DNA of 64,000 nucleotides from an uncultured Gammaproteobacteria bacterium (GTDB taxonomy: Bacteria > Patescibacteriota > Patescibacteriia > SG8-24 > DYFX01). The stretch spans positions 4,471-68,470 of the forward strand of contig CAYOJH010000005.1 of NCBI GenBank assembly GCA_964404275.1. Direction: 5' to 3'. The position numbers were made by a program, and so were the translations under genes. Positions 27,561 to 37,487 of the stretch are shown piece after piece. Every line of letters begins with the position of its first letter. Within the stretch, counting starts at the first letter, position 1. The notes beneath the pieces were generated by a model. The model made no database searches. It was not told the DNA's origin and saw only the letters and a list, made by a program, of their open reading frames with translations.

Positions 27561-29591
27561 ATGCGTCACACGCGCGCGACATCCGCCCTGGCCATCCTCA
27601 CGATCTTCGCGATCGTTTCTTCGGCTGCCCCGAAGCCCGCGCTAGCCCGCGCGTCCTCCGACAAATTCGTCCGCCTCGCCAACAACTATATGAAGGCGGG
27701 CATCACGCTCCCCTCTTCCGACTACGACAAGCTCGCGTCCTACGACGTGCTCGTCCTGCCGGTCGAAGCGCAGATTTTCAACCCCGACATTTTCGACGCG
27801 CTGCGCCGCAAGAATCCGAACATCGTGATCTTGGCCTACGTGCCGACCAAAAGCTACGCCAAGATATGGAGCGAGAACCCGCTCGACACGCTGCATCCGA
27901 AACTCAAGGCGCGCGTGAACGATGCCGAACGGCTGCATACGCCCGACGGCCAGATCCTTTCCGTCTGGCCCGGCACCGAAACCTATAACGTCTCGACCGG
28001 CTGGAGCGACGCGCTCGCGAGCTTCGTCTCGCAGGACGTGATGTCGTCCGGAAAATGGGACGGCATCTTTTACGACGAAACCTCCGCCACGATCTCGTGG
28101 CTCAACGGCGGCAATGTCGACGTGAACAACGACGGCCAGAAGGACGACGCCGCCACGGCCGACCGCCTGTGGAAAGACGGCATGATCCATCTCTTCAAGA
28201 CGACGCGCGACCTGATCGGGTCCGGACCGATCATCATCACGAACGGCGATTCCGACCGCGATTTGCAGCCGTACCTGAACGGCCGCATGTTCGAGACCTT
28301 TCCGACGCCCTGGGAGTACGACGGCAGCTGGGCGACGGTCATGAACAATTACCTCCATCTTCAAAAGCAGGTCGGCTACCCGCCGCTCTTCATCATCAAC
28401 AGCAACACGAACGATACCGGCAACCAGAACGATTTTCGAAAGATGCGCTACGGGCTGACCTCGACCCTGATGGGCGACGGCTTCTATGAATTCGATTACG
28501 GCGACCAGGATCATGGCCAGACCTGGATGTATGACGAATACCGCGCCTACCTCGGCACGCCCGTCGCCGACGCGAAAAACCTGACCGGCTCGACCGACCC
28601 CGTCCGCGCCGGCGTCTGGCGCCGCGATTTCCAGCACGGCACCGTGCTCGTCAATTCCAGCAATCAAACCCAGACCGTCGACCTGAACGGCGATTTCGAG
28701 CACTTGCACGGCGCGCAGGATCCGAAAACGAACGACGGCACAATCGCGAGCATCGTCACGATTCCGCCGCAAGACGGGCTGCTGTTGCTGCGTCCGCTCG
28801 AGCATCTCGAGAACGCCGAATACCGCAACGGCGCCTTCACGCGCGTGCTCACGAGCACCGGCGCGGCGCATCGCAACGGCTTCTTCGCCTATGACGACGC
28901 GGAGAAGGGCGGCCTCGACCTGGCGGAATTCCAGCCGAGCAACGGAGTGTCGAACGTGACCGTCGCGGTCAAAGGCAATCATCTCGACCTGGTCGACGCG
29001 CAGGGCCGCATCCTGAAGAGCGTCTTTCCGTTCGGCGCCGATTGGACCAAGAGCCTGAACCTCGGCTACGGCAAAGCCGGCGGCGTCTCGTATCTGTCGG
29101 TCGGCGCGGGGCAAGGCGGCGCGCCCTATGTGCGCGCGTATGATGAGAACCTCAATCCGCTGACGGACGCCTTCATGGCCTATGACCACCGCTTCACGGG
29201 CGGCGTCAACGTTTCGATCGGCGACACTGACGGCGACGGACAGCCGGACCTCGTGACCGGCGCGGGCGCCGGCGGCGGTCCGCACGTGCGCGTTTTCGGC
29301 CTTGATCAAAGCGTCAAAGCGCAGTTTTTCGCCTACGATCAAAAATTCACCGGCGGCGTGTACGTGGCCGTCGGTGACGTGGACGGCGACGGCGCGCAGG
29401 AGATCGTGACCGGCCCGGGCTTCGGCGGCGGTCCGCACGTGCGCGTCTGGAACCGTTACGGCCAGCTCAAGAACCAGTTCTTCGCCTTTGACAGCACGAA
29501 GCGCGGCGGCGCGCGCGTATCCGTCGGCGACGTGGACGGCGACGGCACGTTCGAGATCCTCGCGATGACCAATGACGTCTTCACGCTTTGA
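27561..29591 (+). CDS. Secreted putative glycoside hydrolase (GHL15-like) with FG-GAP-like repeats
   Basis: Signal peptide, DGIFYD, GVWRRDF..GTVLVN, three GDxDGDG repeats; TTGACA-N17-TACGTT at 27507-27535. Confidence 0.75.
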   Translation: MRHTRATSALAILTIFAIVSSAAPKPALARASSDKFVRLANNYMKAGITLPSSDYDKLASYDVLVLPVEAQIFNPDIFDALRRKNPNIVILAYVPTKSYAKIWSENPLDTLHPKLKARVNDAERLHTPDGQILSVWPGTETYNVSTGWSDALASFVSQDVMSSGKWDGIFYDETSATISWLNGGNVDVNNDGQKDDAATADRLWKDGMIHLFKTTRDLIGSGPIIITNGDSDRDLQPYLNGRMFETFPTPWEYDGSWATVMNNYLHLQKQVGYPPLFIINSNTNDTGNQNDFRKMRYGLTSTLMGDGFYEFDYGDQDHGQTWMYDEYRAYLGTPVADAKNLTGSTDPVRAGVWRRDFQHGTVLVNSSNQTQTVDLNGDFEHLHGAQDPKTNDGTIASIVTIPPQDGLLLLRPLEHLENAEYRNGAFTRVLTSTGAAHRNGFFAYDDAEKGGLDLAEFQPSNGVSNVTVAVKGNHLDLVDAQGRILKSVFPFGADWTKSLNLGYGKAGGVSYLSVGAGQGGAPYVRAYDENLNPLTDAFMAYDHRFTGGVNVSIGDTDGDGQPDLVTGAGAGGGPHVRVFGLDQSVKAQFFAYDQKFTGGVYVAVGDVDGDGAQEIVTGPGFGGGPHVRVWNRYGQLKNQFFAFDSTKRGGARVSVGDVDGDGTFEILAMTNDVFTL

Positions 29592-29593
29592 CT

Positions 29594-31330
29594 ATGCATC
29601 CCCTCCTCCACCGCGCGCACGCCCACGTGAAGCGCCATTACGAAAAGCATTACAAGACGCGCTACCAAGAGCGCGCGCATTTGGTGTTCCTGCTCGATAG
29701 CGTTTTGGTTTCGATCGCGCTCGCGCTCTTGGCCGTGGGCTGCTACTTCCGCTGGTCCTATCACCCGCTGCGCGATGATTTCCAGCTTTCGCTGCTGACG
29801 GATCGGGAGATCACGGCCGGCAAAGAAACGACCTTCGCGATCCGCGTCGTCAATGGAGGGAAAACGAGTTTACACGACGCTCGGATGTCGGTGCGCCTGC
29901 CTACGATGTTCGTGCCTGACGCCGTGCCGGCCGCCTACGACGCGACGTCCGGCGGGCTCGAGATCGGGAACATGGACGCGCGCGCCTCTTATCAATACCG
30001 TTTCCGCGGCTTCTTGTTCGGCCCCGCGCAGGCGGCGGACTTGTACGTCCGCTTCACGGCGCAAAACGACGCCGGAAAATCCGACGAAAAATTGACGCAA
30101 GGCGAGCTGCGCTGGAACGCGAACGCGATCGAGACGCGTCTTGAGATGCCGGGCGCGGTCATCCCCGGGCAAGCCGCTTCGTTCAAGCTGCACGTCAAAA
30201 ACGGATCGGCATTCGCCTTCGACCGCGCGGAGATCACCCCTTCATTCCCGGCAGGCTTCCGCCTGCAGAACGCCACGCCGCCGCTCTATCGCGGCGTGAT
30301 CGCGCTCGGACGGCTTGAACCCGGCGAAGAGGATGTCCTCGAATTTTCGGGCCGCTTTATTGGCGGGCCTTCGAAGCGGCATTTCGAAACGACGCTCTTC
30401 GGCGACATCGGCAATCGTCATTTCACATTGTCGAATGCGCAGTCCGACGTGCGTCTGGCCGACGCAGGCTTGAAGCTCGATGCGCGCTTCGACGGCGCCG
30501 CTCCGCCCTTCGTGCAACCGGGACAAGACGTGCCGGTCATCGTCCGCTATCGCAATGCCGGCGCGCAGACGATCAAAAACCTGACGCTCTCGCTCGAACC
30601 GGACGCGGCCGATCTCGGCGCCGTCCGCTGGGAAACGTCGCCCGTCGTCGGCGATCTCGCGCCGGGCGAAAGCGGCGAACGCAAGGCCACGCTGCACGCG
30701 CTCGAAAAGATTTCGCCGTACGCCACCAATCCGCTGCTCCGCGCTTCGCCGCAAGCGACGTTCTCGATCGAGAATCCGCCGGTCCAAGGCGCGCTCGTGA
30801 CGGGCGACGCCGTCGAAACCAAAGTCGCCGGCACCGCGACGCTCCGCGCCGCCGCTCGCTACTTCACGACCGAAGGCGATCAGATCGGCCGCGGCCCCCT
30901 GCCGCCCAAGGTCGGCCAAACGACGCGCTATTGGATCTTCGCGAGCCTGGAGACCGGAGCCTCGGCGACGGAAAACGGCTTGGTGAGTTTCCGCTTGCCG
31001 CCCGGAGTCGCTTGGACCGGCCGCGCGACGGTCACCTCCGGCGAGGATCTCCTGCTGGTCGGCGATCGCCTGATCTGGCGCCTCGGCGCGACGGACGCCC
31101 ATGCCGGCGCGCTGATCGAAGCGCCCAGCGCTTCCTTCGAAATCGCGCTGACGCCCTCGGCCGAACAGGCCGGCACCGCGCCTGCCCTGCTCGAAGAAGC
31201 GAGCTTCACCGGCCAAGACGCCTGGACTGGTACGTCGCTCACCTCCAGCTTCGATGGCCTGACCACCCGTCTGCCGGGCGACCCGGCCGTGGCCGGTCGC
31301 GCCCTGATCCAGCCATCATCCCCAAAATAA
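29594..31330 (+). CDS. Membrane-anchored protein with Ig-like (DUF11-like) domains
   Basis: N-terminal TM, repeated beta-sandwich segments, GRGPLPPKVGQTTRY. Confidence 0.75.
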   Translation: MHPLLHRAHAHVKRHYEKHYKTRYQERAHLVFLLDSVLVSIALALLAVGCYFRWSYHPLRDDFQLSLLTDREITAGKETTFAIRVVNGGKTSLHDARMSVRLPTMFVPDAVPAAYDATSGGLEIGNMDARASYQYRFRGFLFGPAQAADLYVRFTAQNDAGKSDEKLTQGELRWNANAIETRLEMPGAVIPGQAASFKLHVKNGSAFAFDRAEITPSFPAGFRLQNATPPLYRGVIALGRLEPGEEDVLEFSGRFIGGPSKRHFETTLFGDIGNRHFTLSNAQSDVRLADAGLKLDARFDGAAPPFVQPGQDVPVIVRYRNAGAQTIKNLTLSLEPDAADLGAVRWETSPVVGDLAPGESGERKATLHALEKISPYATNPLLRASPQATFSIENPPVQGALVTGDAVETKVAGTATLRAAARYFTTEGDQIGRGPLPPKVGQTTRYWIFASLETGASATENGLVSFRLPPGVAWTGRATVTSGEDLLLVGDRLIWRLGATDAHAGALIEAPSASFEIALTPSAEQAGTAPALLEEASFTGQDAWTGTSLTSSFDGLTTRLPGDPAVAGRALIQPSSPK

Positions 31331-31334
31331 GGCC

Positions 31335-31361
31335 AAAACCGACCCCGGAAGGGTCGGTTTT
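31335..31361 (+). terminator. Intrinsic terminator
   Basis: AAAACCGACCC-CGGAA-GGGTCGGTTTT. Confidence 0.7.
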
Positions 31362-31378
31362 CTGGCTGTCGATTGAGC

Positions 31379-31407
31379 TTGACAAAGTGGCTGTTTTCTG
31401 GTAGAGT
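31379..31407 (+). promoter_or_regulatory. Sigma70 promoter, near-leaderless transcript
   Basis: TTGACA-N17-TAGAGT, ATG 8 nt after the -10. Confidence 0.65.
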
Positions 31408-31415
31408 GCGCGGTT

Positions 31416-32615
31416 ATGAAAATCGCGATTATCGGCTCCAAAGGCATTCCGGCCATGTCCGGAGGCATCGAACGGCACGTTGAAGAGCTCGCTCCGCGTC
31501 TGGCGAAGCGCGGCTTCAAGGTGTCGGTCTATACGCGCCCGTGGTACACGGGTTCGCGCAAGACGTCGCACAATGGCGTGCGGCTGGTTCCGCTTGCCTC
31601 GATGAAGACGAAGCATCTCGACGCGATCACCCACACCTTCGCGGCGACGATCCACGCGATGAAAGAAAACTTCGACGTCTACCATTACCACGGCGTCGGT
31701 CCCGCGCTGCTCGCCTGGATGCCCCGCGTCTTCCGCCCGTCGGCCAAAGTCATCGTGACGTTTCACTGCCTCGACCGCCGCGTGCAGAAATGGGGACCCG
31801 GCGCTCGCGCCGTCCTGAAATTCGGCGAATGGGCCGCCACGCACTTCGCGCACAAGACCATCGTGGTCTCAAAGACGCTCGCCCACTACGTGCGCGAAGT
31901 CTACAACTGCCGCGCCGTCTACATCCCGAACGGCGTCAAAGTCCAGAAGCCGACGATCAAAGACAACGCCATCCTCGAGAACTTCCATCTCGACAAGGGC
32001 CGCTACGTCGTGATGGTCTCGCGCCTCATCCGTTCGAAGAACGCCGACACGCTGGTCGCCGCCTGGCGCCGCCTCAAGGCCGCCTCGACCGACCTGCGCG
32101 TCCTCGGCATGAAGCTCGTGATCGTCGGCGACGGCGATCTGACGGATCCGTACGTTTGGAAAGTCCGCGCGGAAGCCGCCGGCGCCAAGGACATCGTCCT
32201 GGCCGGCGCCCGCTACGGCGCCGAACTCCACGCGCTTATCGCCAACGCCGCCTTCGCCGTGCACCCGTCCGCCTCCGAAGGTTTGCCGATCGCCGTCCTC
32301 GAAAAGATGGCGCACGGCAAAGCCGTCCTGGCCTCGAACATTCCGGAACATCTGGAAATCGTCGAGGGCCGCGGCTTCACTTTCCGCCTGGAAGACGAGC
32401 GCGACCTGATGGTCCAACTCTACTGGATGCTGACCCATCCGCGCGCCTGCGCCGAAATGGGCCGCGAAGCGAAAAAGCACGTCTCTTCCTACTTTAACTG
32501 GGAAAAGATTGCCAAAGAGACCTCTTTGGTCTATAACACCCTCGCTCCCGCCAAGGCGAAATCCGTTCGCAAGAACGCCTTCCACCTGGCCGGCGCCCGC
32601 CGCGCGGCTGCATAA
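31416..32615 (+). CDS. Glycosyltransferase family 4
   Basis: KGIPAMSGGIERHVEE, IPNG, EGLPIAVLE, SNIP. Confidence 0.92.
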   Translation: MKIAIIGSKGIPAMSGGIERHVEELAPRLAKRGFKVSVYTRPWYTGSRKTSHNGVRLVPLASMKTKHLDAITHTFAATIHAMKENFDVYHYHGVGPALLAWMPRVFRPSAKVIVTFHCLDRRVQKWGPGARAVLKFGEWAATHFAHKTIVVSKTLAHYVREVYNCRAVYIPNGVKVQKPTIKDNAILENFHLDKGRYVVMVSRLIRSKNADTLVAAWRRLKAASTDLRVLGMKLVIVGDGDLTDPYVWKVRAEAAGAKDIVLAGARYGAELHALIANAAFAVHPSASEGLPIAVLEKMAHGKAVLASNIPEHLEIVEGRGFTFRLEDERDLMVQLYWMLTHPRACAEMGREAKKHVSSYFNWEKIAKETSLVYNTLAPAKAKSVRKNAFHLAGARRAAA

Positions 32616-32626
32616 GCCCGCGGCAA

Positions 32627-32658
32627 GAAAACCCCCACCGCTGCATGGTGGGGGTTTT
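32627..32658. terminator. Bidirectional terminator
   Basis: AAAACCCCCACC...GGTGGGGGTTTT between convergent GT genes. Confidence 0.75.
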
Positions 32659-33879
32659 CTATTTTCCGATTGCTTCCTTATAGATGCGGTGGATCCTTCC
32701 GAGATGCAGTCCGGGGTTGTATTCGGTTTCGGCGAGGTGGCGGCCGGCGCGGGCGAGGGCGTCGACGCGGGAGTATTCGGCGGCGATCCAATTCAGTTTG
32801 GCGGCGAGCTCTTTCGGGTCTTGCGGTTCGAAAAGCAAACCCGTTTCGTCTTCGCGCACGACTTCGGGGAGCGCGCCGATGCGCGAAGCGACGACCGGCT
32901 TGCCCCAGGCGTAGGCCTCGAGCGCGGTCAGGCCGAAGGTTTCATACGATTGCGAAGGGATGACCACGACCTTGGCGCGGGCGAATTCGCGATCGAGCTC
33001 TTCGCCGTAGAGCGCGCCTCTGAATTCGACGTTCTCGAGGCGCAATTCTTGCGCGAGACGCGCGAGCGCTTCTTTTTCCGGACCGTCGCCGACGATGACG
33101 CACGTCAATCCTTTCACGTCTTTCATGGCGCGGAGCAGCACGTCGACGCCCTTCTCGGGCGAGAGACGTCCGACGAACAGCGCGCGCGGCTCGGAGTCAT
33201 AGCGCGGCGTGCGACCCGTAAGATCGATGAAGTGCGGCACGACTTCGATTTTGTCTTGATGGATCCCGTAGGCCATGAGCTTCTCGCGGACGAAGACGCT
33301 CGGCGCGATGAAGGTCGCGACGTGCTCGTACGCGCCCATCACGTGATGCAGCCAGCCTTCGAAGGCGCTGAGCGCGCTCTTCAGCATGGAGCCGCCGATC
33401 AGCTTCCGGCGGAACGTATCCCAATAGCGATGCGAAATGAGAGGCTCGACGATCTGCCCGCGATCATACAGGCCGTAATTCGGCGAGATCAGGTGATAAT
33501 CGTGAACCGTCATCACGGTCGGCAACTTTCTTTTTTTCGCGACCGCCAGGATCGAGGGCGAAATTTGGTGATAGATATTGTGGACGTGCAGCACGTCGGC
33601 GGGAAACGCGGCCAGGAGCGCCGAGAATTTCTTGGCCGCTTCGAAAGACCAGAGCATCCGTCCGGCCGTGCGCAGGCCTTCGCGGTCGAAACGCGCGCGA
33701 TCCGTCTGGACTTCCGAAACGAAAAAGCGCTCGTAGGGCGACGGCAGATTCTTCGGCGAACGCATCGCGAAATCGGTGACGGTGTCGCCGTTCCGCGCGA
33801 GAAGCGTCGCGAGCTCGAAGACATAGCGCTCCGCGCCACCTTTGAGATAATGAAATTTGTTGGCGAGCGCGACGCGCAT
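32659..33879 (-). CDS. Glycosyltransferase family 4
   Basis: GGAERY, HNIYHQISPS, TVHDY, GRLSPEKG, ETFGLTALEA. Confidence 0.93.
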   Translation of the reverse strand: MRVALANKFHYLKGGAERYVFELATLLARNGDTVTDFAMRSPKNLPSPYERFFVSEVQTDRARFDREGLRTAGRMLWSFEAAKKFSALLAAFPADVLHVHNIYHQISPSILAVAKKRKLPTVMTVHDYHLISPNYGLYDRGQIVEPLISHRYWDTFRRKLIGGSMLKSALSAFEGWLHHVMGAYEHVATFIAPSVFVREKLMAYGIHQDKIEVVPHFIDLTGRTPRYDSEPRALFVGRLSPEKGVDVLLRAMKDVKGLTCVIVGDGPEKEALARLAQELRLENVEFRGALYGEELDREFARAKVVVIPSQSYETFGLTALEAYAWGKPVVASRIGALPEVVREDETGLLFEPQDPKELAAKLNWIAAEYSRVDALARAGRHLAETEYNPGLHLGRIHRIYKEAIGK

Positions 33880-33884
33880 GTTCG

Positions 33885-35432
33885 TCAAACCAATTTTTCC
33901 CGCTGCTCCGCAACGACCAGGAGTGCGCCAAACATCCAGAAGTACAGGCTGATCGTGCGCACTTCGAGATAGGTGCCGAGCATCGCCTGGAAGGCGAAGG
34001 CCAGCGTGGCGCCGAGATACCCGAGCGCCATCCCGCGCAAGAACGGATCCTTCGTACGACGGTAGACCGTCCAGGCCGCGCGGAAGAGCAGCACGAACAT
34101 CCAGACGTAGAGCGCCAGGCCGAGCGTGCCGATCTCGCCCCAGAGCGAGAACCAGTTGTTGTCGATGTAGCCGTCGGTGCCGTAGACGCCGAAGGGCAGC
34201 CCGAGCTTGTCGTAGGTCGTCGTGTTGCCGAGCACGGCGGCCGCTCCCCCGCCGTAGGTACCCGGACCGTGGCCGAAAATCGGCGCGGACGGCACGACTC
34301 TGAGCGGCGTGTTCACCAGCCAATACACCCGGCCGTAGCCGTAATATTCGCCGCGCCAACGCTCATACGAAAAGGCTTCGAGCAGACGCGCCAGGATCGT
34401 CTGATCCGGCAGGTCGGTCAGGTAGCGTACGACGATGCCTTTGTACGCCGAGTAGCCGGCGATCATGGCGACCGTGATCAGAAAGCCCGCCAGGATCTTT
34501 TTATCTTTCTTGACGCGCACGGCGATGTAGAGGAAGCCGAGCAGGAAGCCGAACCATGACGCGCGCGAATAGGTCAGCGCCAAGGCGCCCGAGGCGATCA
34601 TGAACACGGCGATCAGATACCGATGCCACTTCCCTTTCGTAAGCTCGTAGAGCCAGCCGGACAGGAGCAGCAGGAAGAAGCACAGGAACGTGCCGAGCTG
34701 ATCGTAGCGGCCGAGGGTCGCGAAGACGCGCTGGCCCGGCGCCCAGAACTGCTCGGTGCCGCCCGTGAGCGCGATCGCGTCGTAGAAATGACGCTCGCTC
34801 GGCAAGAGGAACGGATCGAGCGCGCCGAAGGTCGCGGCCTGGAGGATACCGAGCGCGCTTTCGAAGAAGACGAGGCCGAGCATCAAGACGACGAGCTTGC
34901 GCATGTACGCCCGCGACGGCGCGAGCGCGGCCACCGCGAAGAACAGCAGCATGAAGCGGATGATCTGGCGGATGCCGAGCACGGCGATCGACGGCTGGAC
35001 GAAATTCGAAATGGCCGAAGCGACGGCGACGAGCACGAGCAGCGCGAAGGGCAGATCGATCGGCGTCGGCGCACGGCGCTCGCCGAGGAGATAGCGACGC
35101 AGCAGCGCGGAAGCCAAGAGCAGGTAGATCAGGACTTCCGAAAAATATTTCGCGTAGATGTAGAGCTCGTCCGGCACGAACTTCAGGAGGAACGGCTCGA
35201 GCGGGATATAGACGGCCAGGAAGGCCAGCATCCAGGTCGGCTTGCGATAAACGATGACGATCAAACCGACGCCCAGGAAAAACGCCAGCACTTTCCAGGG
35301 CGACAGGAAGACGACCAGGAGGCAGAAGAAGGCGGCGGCGCCGAGAAAAAACTTGACCAGACGCTGCCAGGGCACGTCGGGAATCTCGAACAGCTTGCGC
35401 ACCTCCCGTTTCAGCGCGTCGACGATCGGCAT
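33885..35432 (-). CDS. O-antigen ligase/polymerase family membrane protein
   Basis: Many TMs, LTYSRASW, PIFGHGPG, DNNW...GEIGTLGL. Confidence 0.85.
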   Translation of the reverse strand: MPIVDALKREVRKLFEIPDVPWQRLVKFFLGAAAFFCLLVVFLSPWKVLAFFLGVGLIVIVYRKPTWMLAFLAVYIPLEPFLLKFVPDELYIYAKYFSEVLIYLLLASALLRRYLLGERRAPTPIDLPFALLVLVAVASAISNFVQPSIAVLGIRQIIRFMLLFFAVAALAPSRAYMRKLVVLMLGLVFFESALGILQAATFGALDPFLLPSERHFYDAIALTGGTEQFWAPGQRVFATLGRYDQLGTFLCFFLLLLSGWLYELTKGKWHRYLIAVFMIASGALALTYSRASWFGFLLGFLYIAVRVKKDKKILAGFLITVAMIAGYSAYKGIVVRYLTDLPDQTILARLLEAFSYERWRGEYYGYGRVYWLVNTPLRVVPSAPIFGHGPGTYGGGAAAVLGNTTTYDKLGLPFGVYGTDGYIDNNWFSLWGEIGTLGLALYVWMFVLLFRAAWTVYRRTKDPFLRGMALGYLGATLAFAFQAMLGTYLEVRTISLYFWMFGALLVVAEQREKLV

Positions 35433-35451
35433 ATCGCCTTCAGTTTAGCAG

Positions 35452-35497
35452 AAAAAGAAAGAGAGGGCGACCCGCAGTTGCCTGCAAATCGTCCTCT
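35452..35497 (-). terminator. Terminator of the 588-aa lipoprotein gene
   Basis: AGAGGACGA...TCGCCCTCT hairpin plus T-rich tail on the minus strand. Confidence 0.6.
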
Positions 35498-35514
35498 GAG
35501 AAGCGAAGAAAGAA

Positions 35515-37281
35515 CTAATGCCAGATGTGGCCACCGGTGATGAAGCAATTGCTGTAGGTGTACTCGTTCAGGTCGAGCCAGTAGACGTTCGTCCCGTCCG
35601 TGAGGGCGGGACTGAAGGCGTTGTCCGAGCTCGAGAGCGTGAACGTGTACGTGGCCGTATCACCCTGCCAGCCGAGGATCGTCCTGCCCGTCGTGTAGGG
35701 CAGGCTGTAATTCGTGCTGGCCGAACCGTATTCCATCTTCCAATTGGATGATGGGTTCACGGTCTGGCCGTTCGACAGGTGCGCCAGGATCCCGTTCGAG
35801 ATCGTGATCGTCCAGTCGGTCGACGTCAGCGAGCAGCTGATCGTGCCGTTGCTCGCGTTCGTCGTGGTCGAATGCAGGAACTCATTCGTCCCGATCGCGC
35901 AGGTGCCCGAGGCCGCGTAATCGCTTACGCGCGCCCAGTGCTCGTGACCGTTCGTGTCCCAGACGGCGAAGGTGAAGTTCGAGACCGTGTTCGGCATCGT
36001 CAGCGTATACGAGACGCTATCCGACTGCCACGTCAGCGCTTGCGTGCCGCCGTAGCCGAACCCGATCGACGAAGGCGAGGCGCCGTTGAACGCGTCCAAG
36101 ACGTGCGCCAGGACTCCGGACGGGATCGTCACGAGCGTGTTCGATCCCGATTCGGAGCACGTGACGGTCGCGGAACCGGTGTTCGATCCCGCCGCGTGGC
36201 GGAATTCGCCGGTCCCGACCGAACAGGTGCCTGAGGCGTTGAACTGGGTCACGTCGAACCAGTGATCGTTGCCGCCCGTGTCGCGCACGACGAGATTGAA
36301 TCCGGAAACCGTGTTCGGCATCGTCAGCACGTACGAGGTGCTGTCCGAGACCCACGCTTCCGAATCCGTCCCGCCGTAGCCGAAGCGGATCGACGAAGGC
36401 GTCGCGCCGTTGAGGTCGAAGACGTGCGCCAGGATCCCGTTCGAGATCGTGACATAGGTCTGCGTTCCCTGTTCGACGCACGCGAGGTTGCCGTTGCCGG
36501 TGTTCGTCGTGCCGGTGCCGTGATGGCAGCCGTCGCTCTGGCAGCTGTCCGCCGTCGAGCTGTTGCCGTCGTCGCAGGCGTTCGGACAGAGCGGCGGTCG
36601 TCCGATGACGAAACCGTCGTCGGCGCCGTTCGGACCGAAGCCGTCCGAGATCCGAGCACAGCTGTCGCCGCCCACGTTCCACTTCGACAAGTCGAAACGG
36701 AGCGCGGTGCCGGACGACGGCCAGGCCAAGAGCGTGAAGCGCTGAGCCTGATTCTGCGGGATGACGATCTCCTCCGAGAGCACGCCGCCCAACGAAGTCT
36801 CGTTGGCATCGAGCGCGATCTGGTACGCGGTCGTCAGCGTCGTGGTGTTCCACGTGCTGCCGTCCGCGTCGGTGGCGATCGAGATGTGCGTCGGCGAGGT
36901 CAGCGTGCCGCCGTAGATAGCGTCGGTCAGCTTGCCGGAGACCGTGACATGCAGGTTGCCGTCGTTCGTCACGAAGCAACTGATGCCATGGGTCGTCGGA
37001 AGCGTGTTCGACATGTCGCAGGTGCCCGCTTGCTCGTTGCAGGTCTCGTTCGCGCCGCAGCTCGAGGCGTACGCGCAGGTGCCGCTCCGGCACGTGCCGA
37101 AGTCGCAGGCGGACGGAGCGTTGTCGCAGTCCGCGTCCGAGGCGCAGCTCTTGGGCTGCGGATTCGGATTGGGATTGGGATTCGAGCCGCCGCCGTTGCC
37201 GTCGTCGCCGGAACCGGCGGGACGGATGGCGCAGGCCGCGAGCGCGAGGCTGCACGCCAGGAAACGGATGATCGTCTTCAT
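35515..37281 (-). CDS. Cys-rich repeat lipoprotein of unknown function
   Basis: Lipobox LAAC, GDDG/NPNP linker, CASDADC and CDDGN..T.DSC motifs, 3-4 copies of a ~100-aa domain; SD AGGAG. Confidence 0.85.
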   Translation of the reverse strand: MKTIIRFLACSLALAACAIRPAGSGDDGNGGGSNPNPNPNPQPKSCASDADCDNAPSACDFGTCRSGTCAYASSCGANETCNEQAGTCDMSNTLPTTHGISCFVTNDGNLHVTVSGKLTDAIYGGTLTSPTHISIATDADGSTWNTTTLTTAYQIALDANETSLGGVLSEEIVIPQNQAQRFTLLAWPSSGTALRFDLSKWNVGGDSCARISDGFGPNGADDGFVIGRPPLCPNACDDGNSSTADSCQSDGCHHGTGTTNTGNGNLACVEQGTQTYVTISNGILAHVFDLNGATPSSIRFGYGGTDSEAWVSDSTSYVLTMPNTVSGFNLVVRDTGGNDHWFDVTQFNASGTCSVGTGEFRHAAGSNTGSATVTCSESGSNTLVTIPSGVLAHVLDAFNGASPSSIGFGYGGTQALTWQSDSVSYTLTMPNTVSNFTFAVWDTNGHEHWARVSDYAASGTCAIGTNEFLHSTTTNASNGTISCSLTSTDWTITISNGILAHLSNGQTVNPSSNWKMEYGSASTNYSLPYTTGRTILGWQGDTATYTFTLSSSDNAFSPALTDGTNVYWLDLNEYTYSNCFITGGHIWH

Positions 37282-37367
37282 CGGAGACTCCTCTGGCCTT
37301 TCGGCCGGTTGGAAAACCTAGGAAATGAGCTGCTGTCGGAGACCGTGGCCTCCAGCAGTCTGGGCGA

Positions 37368-37396
37368 AGTTTAGCACAAAATGCCTATTTTGTCAA
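37368..37396 (-). promoter_or_regulatory. Sigma70 promoter
   Basis: TTGACA-N17-TAAACT with TG extension. Confidence 0.7.
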
Positions 37397-37440
37397 GATA
37401 TTTGGACACTCAAAATAAGCCAAATTTAGGCAAAATAAAG

Positions 37441-37477
37441 AGGCGGTAGATCGTCATTTCTGACAAATCTGCCGCCT
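37441..37477 (-). terminator. Terminator of the 223-aa lipoprotein gene
   Basis: AGGCGGCAGAT...ATCTACCGCCT plus T-rich tail on the minus strand. Confidence 0.6.
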
Positions 37478-37487
37478 GAGACCGAGA

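Noticed and set aside
29180-29560. Direct DNA repeats (GGCGGCGGTCCGCACGTGCGCGT) as CRISPR
   Set aside because: In-frame FG-GAP-like protein repeats, too few, no cas genes
35770-36460. Duplicated segments as DGR template/variable repeats
   Set aside because: Both copies are in-frame domains of one gene; no reverse transcriptase in the window and no evident adenine-specific pattern
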